DNA of 64,000 bases from Eledone cirrhosa (taxonomy: Eukaryota). Positions within the stretch are counted from its first letter, which is position 1. Every line of letters starts with the position of its first letter. The stretch spans positions 184,636,001 through 184,700,000 of the forward strand of contig OZ024740.1 of the NCBI GenBank assembly GCA_964016885.1. The letters are read 5' to 3'. This document shows positions 52,371 to 64,000 of the stretch, piece after piece. The notes under the pieces were generated by a model, which saw only the letters and a program-made list of their open reading frames with translations, was not told the origin of the DNA and ran no database searches. The position numbers were made by a program, and so were the translations under genes.

Positions 52371-52557
52371 TAATTGTTTCTACATTAGGCACAAGGCCAG
52401 CAATTACCCAGTGCATTACTGGTACTTTATTTTATCGACCTCATAAGGATGAAAGGCAAAGTCAACCTCGGCGGGATTTGAACTCAGATCGTAAAGGGAC
52501 GTAACTATGCTGGAAAGCATGGCGTCCGACCCTCTACCGATACTGCCAATCCACCGC
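52371..52557 (-). mobile_element. Family-1 SINE
   Basis: Full-length reverse complement copy. Confidence 0.88.
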
Positions 52558-52595
52558 CAATCCACTGCCAATAATATATATATATATGTATACAC

Positions 52596-52636
<41 letters not shown>

Positions 52637-52651
52637 TATATTTATGTATAT

Positions 52652-52745
52652 ATGTAAAAACTATTTATTTACCTCATATAGCAATATATATATATATGTA
52701 TGTATTTGCAGATTGCTATATGAGGTAAATAAATAGTTTTTACAT
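52652..52745. repeat. Perfect 34-bp inverted repeat
   Basis: 52652-52685 vs 52712-52745. Confidence 0.93.
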
Positions 52746-54931
52746 GATAGCCATTGCAACATTGCAAGACAAACATTTTGCTTCAATTTGATATTTTAAT
52801 CAATACATAGAACATTTTTGTTGATTCTCTCTACTGAACAAATATTATGTTTCATCTAAATCTGTAATTACATAATTAAACATTAAACCTTTTCTCGATT
52901 AACTCAGCCAGATCATTATTTTATTTTTATATTTTTTTTTTATATAATCCTCCTTTCCCTCATCAGCATCATCCTTTTAATTTTTCTCATTGTCTCCATT
53001 TAAATATCTATTTGTTTTTAAATACCAGAACAGTTTGTATGTGTCTAATAATAATATAGCATTGTTTCATAGTTCTTGTTCTTATATGAAATGATCTAGA
53101 CATCAATGATCTCTACTGTGATGTTTCCAGTTTTCTTGATTCTCTCATGGTCTATATTCCTATGGCTCCATTTTTCTCCTATTACTTCATGACAATGTTT
53201 TCAGCCAGCCTGCATGATACATTCATTTAACACTACAGACTTCAAGTCATTTTTCTTATTGTTTTATTTGATAAATTTGGTGTTTGCTTATCTCAAATAG
53301 CTAAGACTCATAGAAAAGATAATGAAGAAACATGACAAGTGGAGAGATGCTGTGCTAAAAGAGGACCCATCCAACTCATGCAAGCATGGAAAAACAAACA
53401 TAAAAACAATGACGACGATGATGATGATGATAATCTACAGTTTTCATTTCTCAACTCACATCAGTTCATCCTTTCTCTTTTATTATTTTTACATTTATAA
53501 GAAGGTCAAAAGTGTGTAAGGAAAGAGTATAGTTAGTTGAATTACCATATTTACTCAAATATAAACCAAGAAATACATGACAAAAAAGGGATGGTAAAAT
53601 GAGGTCGACTTATATTCGAGGTCAACATTTTGCCAGTTTTCACCAGCTTTACATTCTATGTAAATAAGATGCTAAAATAATTGTAGTGATTAGTTCACAA
53701 TGAAACATAGTTTTTCTATATTCATTACATCACCATTAATGTTACTGATGCATTCCTTTGAAAAACTTTCCAAAACATTTTTATAATTTGAAGTTTTAAC
53801 ATATAAATATCCCATACACATACAAGCATGCACACATACATCATTTTCTGACATAATACTTTTTCATTCAATCTTAGGTAATATTAAATTTTACATCTGC
53901 CTTGTATTTTGTTGCTCTCACTCTTTCTCCCTTATCACTCTTGGCCTCTCTTTTTCTTGCCCTGCCTCCCCTCTCTCTCACTTGCTGTCCCTCTCTCTCT
54001 CTCCTATTCTATGAATCTCTATACAAAGTTCTCTTATTCAATTGCTTGCCCTTAAAGTACTCTTAGCATCTGAGTAGCTGGAAGAAAACAAAAATTTGAG
54101 AAACTTGTTGAAACTTCACATTATGGAAACTGGTTCCTAACCACTCAATTCCGGTCTCCCTTCAAATTGTTGCATTTTATCAGAATTCATTACCCACGTT
54201 ATACAGGCATATAGAGTGAAATCATCATACAACTTACACATTTCTTTTATAATATATGTCAAGAAGAAATTAGATCTATTCAATTGCCTTGAATTGTGTG
54301 AAATTTCAAATGTTTTGGGCTTCTGATTTTCCTTTGAGACAACATTTTCTAAGAACTAATGTTTGCCAATGCACATCAATAGATTCTTCATATTCTTAAT
54401 TTTTCCCATGCATTATATAATACATTTTTCATACAAAATAATATGTCTGTACTGATGACAATAGTATTATAACTTTTATCTAAACTCATTAAACAAAGTC
54501 CTTGCACACACTACCACACTTTCACTAGTACAACCTCCAGCAACAATTCAGTTATTTATTAAGTAGATCTAGTATCTTACTTCTAGCTAGCTACATAATT
54601 AGTATAGGATGATCAGTTACATGTCACATCTACTGCTGTAATCTAATTGAGTATATCAGAAGCATCTAAATTTCTGGTTATATCTCTATCTATTATTCCA
54701 CACACACACCTATATATATATATAAAGACTGCAGTACTGAAACCGAGGAGACCACTAATGATGGACGTACTCATCATATGGGGAGATGTAGAGTGGGTAT
54801 AGAGATATGTAAAGTCCCACTGTGGCACCAAGCGGTTTTGGCTTGTAGGTTCAAGTTGAACATACAACCTGAAACGACTTGACACTGTGGTCAGCATTTT
54901 ACTTATCTTTCTCTCCCTCTCCCATCCCACC

Positions 54932-54986
<55 letters not shown>

Positions 54987-55038
54987 TATATAGTGACGAA
55001 ACATAAGTCAATTGCATGAACTCTATAATCCTTTATTT

Positions 55039-55094
55039 ACTGCTATATATATTTCGATGATAGCCATTGAGTGGCTATGACCTCATCAGGCAGT
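55039..55094 (-). ncRNA. Canonical-core minimal hammerhead ribozyme
   Basis: actgc-CTGATGA-g-gtc-atagcca-ctcaa-tggctat-cat-c-GAAA-t-atat-a-TA-gcagt. Confidence 0.75.
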
Positions 55095-55197
55095 TAGTCA
55101 GTTCTTAGATATGCCAGCTCTGTGTTTATGGTGTTGATTGTATCAGAGCCTTGGGACATATGAGCTTGTTAGGAATAATTTAATGTTGTCATTATAT

Positions 55198-55286
<89 letters not shown>

Positions 55287-55709
55287 TATATATTTATATA
55301 TATATATATGTGTATGTTCGGAAAAGATTGTTTTGGTAAAAACAGGAGTAAAGAGGAGAAAGCTCTCAACAATCGTTGTTTTTAGTTACGATGGAGAATT
55401 TTATAAAAATAACAAAATAAGATGCTGAGGTTACATATATCCTTGAATCATAATAATTATTTCCACGGTTCTCCATGCAATCGAGATGTCCTTCATGCAT
55501 TTGCTGTTGATTATGAGAACGGTTTCCTCAGATTAAAATCGATATATTTGATATGTCGCTGGAAGGAAAACACACATCCTAATGCCTGTGCGCCCAGCAT
55601 ACATATATAGATATATCTATATATAGATATATATAGATATATATAATAGTCATTTTAGAAGCCTCTACACTGCCGATGAGTAAATCTCCAGGTAAAAAAA
55701 TCAGATGGT

Positions 55710-55744
55710 CCCTATATTTCAGATTTCACATCCATCAGCAGGGG
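55710..55744 (-). ncRNA. Possible minimal hammerhead (A6C variant)
   Basis: ccc-CTGCTGA-t-gga-tgtgaaa-tct-GAAA-ta-TA-ggg. Confidence 0.4.
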
Positions 55745-56296
55745 GTTTTCTGAGGGGAAAGAGGTATGTCAGGGAAGGGAGCAATGTGTGGCCTTCTTTA
55801 TCTGCCATATTCATACAATTGAAATACACTACTCTCTATCGAGCATGTGTGCGTGCAATATTGGTGTAGTCAACTAAAATTCCTAACAGTCATTCACACT
55901 AGAGTGATGGGATGGTGGATTTGTGTGTACATACCAGTGCTGCCAATTTTTGCATTCCATTAGTGGTAGGTAAGTTGGTGACATGTGGTAGAAGTAGTCT
56001 GTCAATTTCTTGTCTGCCAGTGTCGGTCAGTAGGTGTTATATACAATATACACAATAACATTCACTTGACTGTTATTGTGTGTGTGTGTGTTGTTGTTCC
56101 ATCTATGTGTATATATACATGTATATATATATATTTAATTATGAGTGGATTCTTGATGGAGATAGGGAAGTGACCAAATGGTTCTCAATATGTTGGTATT
56201 GTATAGGCATCTTTATATCTTTATTTTATATAAAAAGACTCTACATGACTAGAACTGTTTTTCATTCATATGGAAGAGTTCTAGTCATATAGATGT

Positions 56297-56340
<44 letters not shown>

Positions 56341-56499
56341 GAGAAAGTATGAGCCCACAGCAGAGCTCTGCCGTCGGGGTCATACTTTCTCCTTACCCAC
56401 TCTACTATCCTAAGTATTGAGTAGTCTAGTGCGTTATGGTCAATCTGGCTCCTTACCACAACTCCTCCGTTATATATATATATATATATATGCATGTAT

Positions 56500-56940
56500 A
56501 TATATCATCATCATCATCATCTTACGTCTGCTTGCAAGGGTGGGATGGGTCTTATTAAGCATGGAATCTCTCCATTTGTCATGGTCCTTTGTCATCTCCT
56601 CTGTGAGCTTCAGCGGTCTGAGGTCTGGTCTCACCACCTCCGCCCATGTTTTTCATGGTCTTCCACGACTGCATCTTCCTTCTACTGGAATTTCTTGGCA
56701 CTTCTTTACCCAGCGATCATCCTCCATGCACATCACATGTCCATATGAACGCAGTCTTCTCTCCCGCACACTACAGCCTATTCCTCTTTTACACAGTTTC
56801 TCTCTCAACTCATCTATGCTTGGTCGTTCACACACATTGGCATTGCACATCCAACGGAGCATGTTTGCTTCATTTCTCTCCGGGCGTCACATATCTTCCA
56901 CAGTTGCTGGCCATGTCTCACTACCATGCAGCATCGCGCA
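56500..56940 (-). mobile_element. RTE family C-like 3' fragment
   Basis: MLRWMCNANV.ER...ELREKL...RERRLR.YGHV...GRP; (TGA)n tail. Confidence 0.85.
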
Positions 56941-56967
56941 TCTCTCTCTCTCTCTCTCTCTCACTCA

Positions 56968-56998
<31 letters not shown>

Positions 56999-57059
56999 AG
57001 TATGTTTATATATATATATATATGTGTATGTGTGTATATATATATATATATGTGTGTGT

Positions 57060-57109
<50 letters not shown>

Positions 57110-57195
57110 CAATATATTAATAAATGGAAACTATATTTATAAAACCAAATTTTTTAAGCTTGTTGAATCCCAACAAATTAAATATAACCTCTGCA

Positions 57196-57249
<54 letters not shown>

Positions 57250-57365
57250 TTTCCCATATCTTACGTTAAATATTTTAAATCTTGACGTAATAGTCACTTA
57301 TATGTATGAATTATTGTTGGCTTCTTGCTCACATTAATTTCTCTATTTTCATTTATATATATATA

Positions 57366-58262
57366 TCATAATCTATAAAGCTCAGTGTGTGGACATGCTC
57401 CTTCGTTATAGAAATCTACGATACAGAATTTCTTCAATTGAAATTTACAATTCTGTACCCGAAACAGCTTCGATTGCGTCTTGACGCAGATAATTTTTTC
57501 AATTTCACCCACAATTACGCAAAAAATAGACAAAACTCAATATTTTACGATTTTTCTCTCTCATTTAAACTGCTGAAATCTTTCTACTACCATTCAAAAA
57601 CTATACAACTTCATACTTTCTGCTACTTTCTCTTTCCAAGCTTGATGGTGATACTCTCCGTTCACACCACTCCCTACTGTCTTAAATTTAGAAAACACAT
57701 ATCCTCTATGAGGTTACTAAACCTGTTAGAAACAGCAGCTAACTCTCCCCCATATCACACCCCTCCCTACTGTCTTAAATTTAGAAAACATATCTTCTAT
57801 GGGGTCACTAAACCTGCTAGAAAAAGCAGCTAACTCTCCCCCATGTCACACCACTCCCTACTGTCTTAAATTTTGAAAACACATATCCTCTATGAGGTCA
57901 CTAAACCTGCTAGAAACAACAGCTAACTCTCCCTCATATCACAACCCTCCCTACTGTCTTAAATTTAGAAAACACACAGACAACCATGCAGAACAACTCC
58001 ATCGCAGCTCTGTTGTTCGGTTGGCATCGTCTACGCGCGTGTTGCGCAAGCACTGTGAAACAATAAATTTCAACACTTTTTTGCACAGAGATAATATCCA
58101 TAGGCGAAACTACAATTGTCACTGCTGGCGCAGCTCATGCTTCCAGGTCTGCAATTCATTCACCCAGTGCCTGGCAGACAAAAATGTGCTGCCATAAAAT
58201 GGGTGGTGCAACCTAACTTTGGTAACTTAATGACCCCGAGCAACGCGGGACTTTAATGCTAG
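57366..58262 (+). mobile_element. Non-autonomous Helitron with internal ~90-bp minisatellite
   Basis: a|TC 5' end (57366 or 57372); 3' hairpin cccg-agcaacg-cggg then CTAG|t at 58259-58262; tandem units at 57655-57977. Confidence 0.75.
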
Positions 58263-58338
58263 TATATATATATATACATACACATATGTGTATATATATA
58301 TACATACACATATGTATATATATATATATATATATATA

Positions 58339-59246
58339 CGAGGTATGTCAGAAAGTTCCAGGACTGATGTCACAAAAGATTTATTTCAAGCCCAAACTTC
58401 ATACTAAGAGTTTTCTCCTTCAAATTAATCCCCCTGGAGTCTAATGCACTTTTCCATCCTTTTCTGCCACACTTGCATGCACTCCTGGAAGGATTCTCCC
58501 GGGATCCTCCACAGTCCCGTCGTTACGGCCTTTTTGATGTCATCCACATCTTCAAAACAGGTCCCCTCCGGGTCGTACTCGAAGATCCATGACTCATCAC
58601 CAGTGATGACTCTCCCTAGCAAGTCTGATTCGGTTTCAAGATGCTCGAGGATGTCCTGGCACACTTGCATGCGTCAACCCTTCTGGTCATCGTTCAGCAG
58701 TTTTGGCACCATCTTTGCGCAGACTTTCCGCATGTCCAAATCTTCAGTGAGAATCTTCCAGATGCTGTCCCTATTCATGCCCAGCTCATTTGCCATCAGT
58801 CGAACAGTCAGCCGACGATTGCTATGCACCATCTGCCTGATGCGCTCAATGTTGACCTCAGTCCTGGTTGTTGAGGGCCTTCCGCTCCTGGGGTTATCTT
58901 TCACGTCCTCACGTCCTTCTTTATCACTCAAAATCAACCTTCTTGCATCACTCAAAATCATGTGAGCATGACATCGTCTCATCTCTATACAGTTGCTGCT
59001 GACCATACAGTGCTTCTGACAGAGTTTTCAAGTTTGTTTGTTTCTCTGTGCTTATTGCTTGACGACCTGAAACAGAGGACATATATATAAAATTATGAAG
59101 AAAAAAGTTTAATCGCCGCAGAGAGCTAAGATTGCAGTTACATACTCAAGGGGGATTACTTTGAAGGAGAAAACTCTCAGTGTAAAGTTTGGGTTTGAAA
59201 TAAATCTTATGTGACATCAGTCCTGGAACTTTTCTGACACACCTCG
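58339..59246 (-). mobile_element. Internally deleted mariner element with ~100-bp terminal inverted repeats, inserted in (TA)n
   Basis: RSGRPST, RRLTVR.MA.ELG, KVCAKMVPKLL, VITGDESWIFEYDPE, W..R.EKCI..QGD; inverted repeats 58339-58440 and 59144-59246; TA flanks. Confidence 0.93.
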
Positions 59247-60540
59247 TATATATAGTCAAATGTTATATATATATATATATATAGTCAAATGTTTGTCAAT
59301 GAATGTGAGAGAGAAACAGGGAGAAAAATATTATTTATGTGTACTTAATACATGACGTAGAATACATATTGTATATTTAACTTAAAGTTTTTCATTCTGA
59401 CACAAGTTTTACAATACTGCAATCTTCAGGTGAGACAATAACTGTTTTCTTTTAGTATTTGAACAAATTCTAGACAATATGGAGTGAGCTTTTACTTTTG
59501 TCTGTGGTTTTCATGTTTGTTGGTTGGTTTCCAATGAGGCTTAGGGCATTGTCTATGGCTCTCAACATGAAATTGCATTTATTTGGTGAATTGATCTGAG
59601 ATTTCATATTGATATCAAAACAAATCTTCATCACCATTTAACATCCATCCTACCATGCTAGCATGGGTTAAATGTGTTCTCCAGTTGTGAAACATGTCAG
59701 ATCAGTCTTCCTCATACTGAAGTATTTCTAGCTTGGTTTCTATGGCAGGATGCCTTTCCTAATGGCAACCACCATTACAGTGTGGACTGGGAGCTTTTTA
59801 TTGTGGTTCCAAAATTACCATTGTACAGCATGAACTGGGTGCTTTTTAAGTGACAGGTGGTTGGACTGGGTTCTTTTTATCATGTCATGAACATGACCAT
59901 TTTACAGGGATCATAGTTACAATTTCAGAACATCCTAAATCTACTACATTCACGTTTGCTTCTTTTTTAATAGTATTTTCTTCTTTGAAGTACCATGACA
60001 TCTCATAACCATACTACTGCTTGGTCACCTGTTACATATAAATGTGTACATATATATATTTGGGGAATTTGAAAGTTAGATAAAATACAATATCCATAAA
60101 AATAGTACCAGCCAGGTACTAGATCGATTCTTCCTCTATATCTCTTTGTCACTTCCATTATCTCATTCTCCATCCTTCTGTGGAAGAATCTGTTGTATTC
60201 AGACCTGGAGAAGGATGGGCACCACTGAGTTTTAAAATGACCAAGAAATTCTGTATGTCAGTACAGTTCCTTTATGACTCCATCTGAGTTATGGGACCAA
60301 ACATACATACTATATCAGCATACTATATCATATGAAACTTTGACTACGTATGGGAAATGAGATTGTCTTTGCTGTTTATCTAAATAGCATTTTTCGGATG
60401 CTGTTGTTCTGAAATTGATTTTCTTTAATTGTTTCTCTGTTTATTGTTTTCCACTAAATAATTCAGTAATTGTTCTGTCTCTGCTTGTTTATGGAGCAAA
60501 TGCATCATGTTTTGCTAGGATTATTTATTTTTGAATAAAG

Positions 60541-60731
60541 GGCGGTGGATTGGCAGTATCGGTAGGGGGTTGGACGACATGCTTTGACGCATAGAGTTAC
60601 GGCCCTTGCCATTCTGAGTTCAAATCCCGCCGAGGTTAACTTTGCCTTTCATCCTTATGGGGTCGATAAAATAAAGTACCAGTAATACACTGGGTAATTG
60701 CTGGCCTTGTGCCAAAAGTAGAAACAATTAT
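60541..60731 (+). mobile_element. Family-1 SINE, full length
   Basis: A box, B box and body; inserted between duplicated ttatttatttttgaata. Confidence 0.9.
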
Positions 60732-61079
60732 TTATTTTTGAATAGCTTATTTATTAGTCCTGGAGATGGGATGAGCTCTACCAGGTCTAAAAATTGTCCT
60801 ATCAATTGCTGTATGTCAATACAGTCTCTTACAACTCCCTCGGGAGTTATGGATCCATACCATACCATTCTTTAGTAGGTTCAGTAGTTGCCTGTTGATT
60901 ACATCATTCATATCCTGTTTAAATAAAGCTGTTTTATCTACTTCATGATTTGATATTTTTGTAAATTTACTAAATATTTTTTTGATGTACTTGTGGGTGG
61001 GAATGGTTGCATCATATCATAGATCCAGTGTCTTTGAGTTGTCATTCTGTTGCATGGGTTAATTTGCTTTGCCATTCTA

Positions 61080-61574
61080 CACGGGTGGGTGGAAAGAAAC
61101 TCCCTATTGAAAATTACTTTTAGCCTCTTGTGACTACTTGGGACAACATCAATGACCTCATATTCTGTCCATTAGTGGTTTGATGTTCAATTTGCAGGAC
61201 ATTGGCTGGGCATTAAGGTATACATGAATGGCCAGCAAGAAGCCCTGTCTTAACGCCATATGATTTTTTTTCCTCTGGGTGTGCATGAAGGAATAAGTTT
61301 ATAGCTCAAAACCAAAATAACTAACTCAATTGGACGAATGAATTTGAGATGTACTGACCAACATACTGTCGGAGTTCCCAATGAAGTTAGTTGAGGATAT
61401 ACCTTGACGATTACAACGACTGATGAACAATGCTGGTGCTTAATGAAGAATGTTAACCCTGCTCTGTATCTCTACAAATATACTGTTAAAAATAAAAGAC
61501 TTTTATAAAATTTGACTAATAATTAACAGAGTTATTAACAATTTTAAATGGTGAGTTTCCTTCCACCTACTCTG
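61080..61574 (+). mobile_element. Deleted Tc1/mariner-superfamily element
   Basis: HWLG...HEWPARSP.LTP.DFFLW.CMK..VY..KP; imperfect terminal repeats gggtgggtggaaagaaactc / gagtttccttccacctactc. Confidence 0.7.
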
Positions 61575-62499
61575 TTGGTATTGTTGCATCTGAGCTGATA
61601 TTTCCGTTTCTATTGCACCACCGAGAGACTAGATAATGTCTTTGGTTAAATCGTCTTCATCATTACAATGATTAATTGTCCTGCCTGAATTGACCATGAT
61701 TTTACTTCTTTCAAAGCGTTTATAAATTAACTACAATACAAATACTGAGGTCAATTTTAGTGACTTGTAGGCCAATCTCTCAAACTATGACATAGTTACC
61801 ATAGCTTTTGTTTACCCTCAAATCAATAATAACCAAGTAGGCATATGAAAGAAAGCTTTGTAGCTGAGACTAACCAGTTTCAGTTTATGGACATTGAGTA
61901 TTCAGGACAATTTTCCCTAAAACACTCTATATTAAAAAAAAAAAAAGTGTGAAGTCTGATTTATGAGAACTTAGCTGCTATTTAAAGAAGGTCATGCAGC
62001 TAAGTGCAGCCTTCCACTGTGATCTTATACAATTTGTTATAAATCAATATTATATATTAAGTAAACACTTCAGTCTATGTGTTAAAATAGAAGCATATTT
62101 GAATTCATCAATAATACTTCCAATAAAGAAAGTACATAACACTTAAATGAGTGCAAGTTATAACACTGGAAGCTAATTTTCCTTAACATGTCACTTTTGA
62201 TATAATTTCACATTTTTTATATATATTGAGATTTTGTTTCCTTGATTCTTATTCAAGATCTTATATTTTATTTTGTTTCTTTACAAAATTATTTAAACAT
62301 TTTGTCATTACATGTTAGATTTTTATACAATTTGTTTATTATGAATTAAAACAAATAAAATATAAAATTTATAGATATGTAAAAATACATAGACATGCAT
62401 ATACATATAAATGTAGCTATAAATATATCAGTCTATCTTTCTCTCTCTCTCTTTCCCTCTCTCTCTATATATATATATTCACAAGGACTCATGCCACCC

Positions 62500-63523
62500 T
62501 CCCACTGTTTTAGAAACTTTGTAAATAATATCAGTACTAGTATCTCAAACCTCTCCTCTAATAAGGCTATCTTTGACAGAGCGGTACCCTACTGTAACAC
62601 GGCGTTAGCTAACAGTGGCTTCTCGCAACCTATCACTTACTCTAACACTAACAAAAACAGCAATAAGAAAACAAAGCGTAACAATAGACAAACTATCTGG
62701 TTCTTTCCTCTCTTCTCACTCAACGTTAAAACCAATGTAGGCAAAAGATTTCTAGCCCTCTTAGATAGACACTTTCTGATAGGTCATAAATACTGTTCCA
62801 TCTTTAACCGAAACAAAGTAAAACTAGATACTCCTGCGCTAAGAACATGAAGTCTCACATCACCAACAGCCCTAAGAGCAACAACTCACCAGGGTGCACT
62901 TGCTGTAAGCCCAAAGCTTGACCCCTGCAACAGCAACACACCCGCTCAAATCAACCAAAGGAGGTCAAATCCTATGTGGGTATGGCGGAGGGCCGATTTA
63001 AGGAATGCTTCATGAACCACCAGTCGACGTTTAGGTACCCGGACAGACGTTCATCCACGAAACTCGCGAGCCATGTATGGTCCCTCAAGGACTCAAGTAT
63101 AGACTACTCCATTCAATGGAAAGCCATACATAAAGGGCAATCCGTCGTGTGGACTATGTATTGATGAATGAATAAATATTCTAAAGAGATTACGCAATAG
63201 CGATTGCCTAAACTCAAGGAATGAATTCTTCACACGTTGTCCACACGTCTGGAAACACCTCTTACAGAACTACAAAGTTCCGGATTGAATTACAACAACA
63301 TCCTAATTTTCTTATCAACTAGAAATTTTTGGACTTTTGCAGTTATCTCCCTTACACCTCTCGCACGCAATTTAGTATTGCCTGAGTGAAGTGACCATTT
63401 CTGCGAATGCGCGTTTGTACAGGTGTCCTTCCTGTTCCGTATAATCATGTCCATTACGAGCTGAGGATCCGGCAAGGTGAAACAATTGTTCTCAGTATGG
63501 TGAACTAACTGTTGTGTAACCAC

Positions 63524-63530
<7 letters not shown>
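62500..63530 (+). mobile_element. Penelope-like element 3' fragment (thumb, GIY-YIG, terminal repeat)
   Basis: IWF.P.FSLNVKTNVGKRFL.LLDRHF, IFNR.KVK..YSC..NM, CTC.KPKA*PL, YVGMAEGRFKE, CGLC..E, LNSRNE...RCPH; ends in (TA)n. Confidence 0.9.
63458..63493 (+). ncRNA. Minimal hammerhead in PLE terminal repeat
   Basis: gag-CTGAGGA-t-cc-ggcaa-gg-t-GAAA-c-aatt-g-TT-ctc. Confidence 0.6.
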
Positions 63531-63564
<34 letters not shown>

Positions 63565-63860
63565 TTGAAGTTCTTCAAGAGATAAGACACACTTGATTCT
63601 GAAAGGCTAAAATGAATCACTTAGAGCTGCTAAACCATGTTCCAGTCTTCCATCCATATATATCTTCCAGGTATTCCTCTATTTCCCAATTGCAAATGTT
63701 CCGCTCACACTATTATTGTTGTATTTATCATTTCACTAGCCTCCACAACACATTTATTTTTACCCTCGTTTTCTTTTCCCATGCTGCCACTATGACTGTC
63801 TCTCTACGAACTCATCTACACCCTTCCTCTCTCTCTTATATTTTATTATTATTATTATTA

Positions 63861-64000
63861 GGGCGGTGGATTGGCAGTATCGGTAGAGGGTCGGACGCCA
63901 TGCTTTGACGCATAGAGTTACGACCCTTGCCATTTTGAGTTCAAATCCCGCCGAGGTTAACTTTGCCTTTCATCCTTACGGGGTCGATAAAATAAAGTAC
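63861..64000 (+). mobile_element. Family-1 SINE (runs off the window)
   Basis: Same head and body as 60541-60731. Confidence 0.88.

Noticed and set aside
19753-57269. Many ORFs rich in IY, YI and CV dipeptides (e.g. 19753, 28319, 51752, 55138, 56926)
   Set aside because: Translations of (TA)n and (CA)n microsatellites

Overview
AT-rich eukaryotic (metazoan) genomic DNA with dense (TA)n, (CA)n and (CAT)n microsatellites. The repeat content suggests a cephalopod or octopus-type genome, which is inference only. Almost all recognisable sequence is decayed mobile DNA: at least three RTE-clade LINE families, R4-like and CRE-like retrotransposon fragments, Penelope-like elements (PLEs), two tRNA-derived SINE families, Helitrons and Tc1/mariner derivatives. 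Only one plausible host exon was found (minus strand, about 12.0-12.16 kb). Four observations stand out. (1) A young, non-coding 593-bp tandem unit at 20479-21652 sits in (TA)n with a 283-bp inverted arm and two variant (U3-A8) hammerhead ribozymes, resembling a retrozyme or non-autonomous PLE. (2) About nine minimal hammerhead motifs from several families are scattered through the window. (3) Two unrelated PLE remnants both carry an in-frame TGA at the conserved Cys preceding the GIY-YIG domain, possibly selenocysteine but unproven. (4) Many fold-back inverted duplications occur at (TA)n tracts. Boundaries of degenerate repeats are approximate because they were read by eye.
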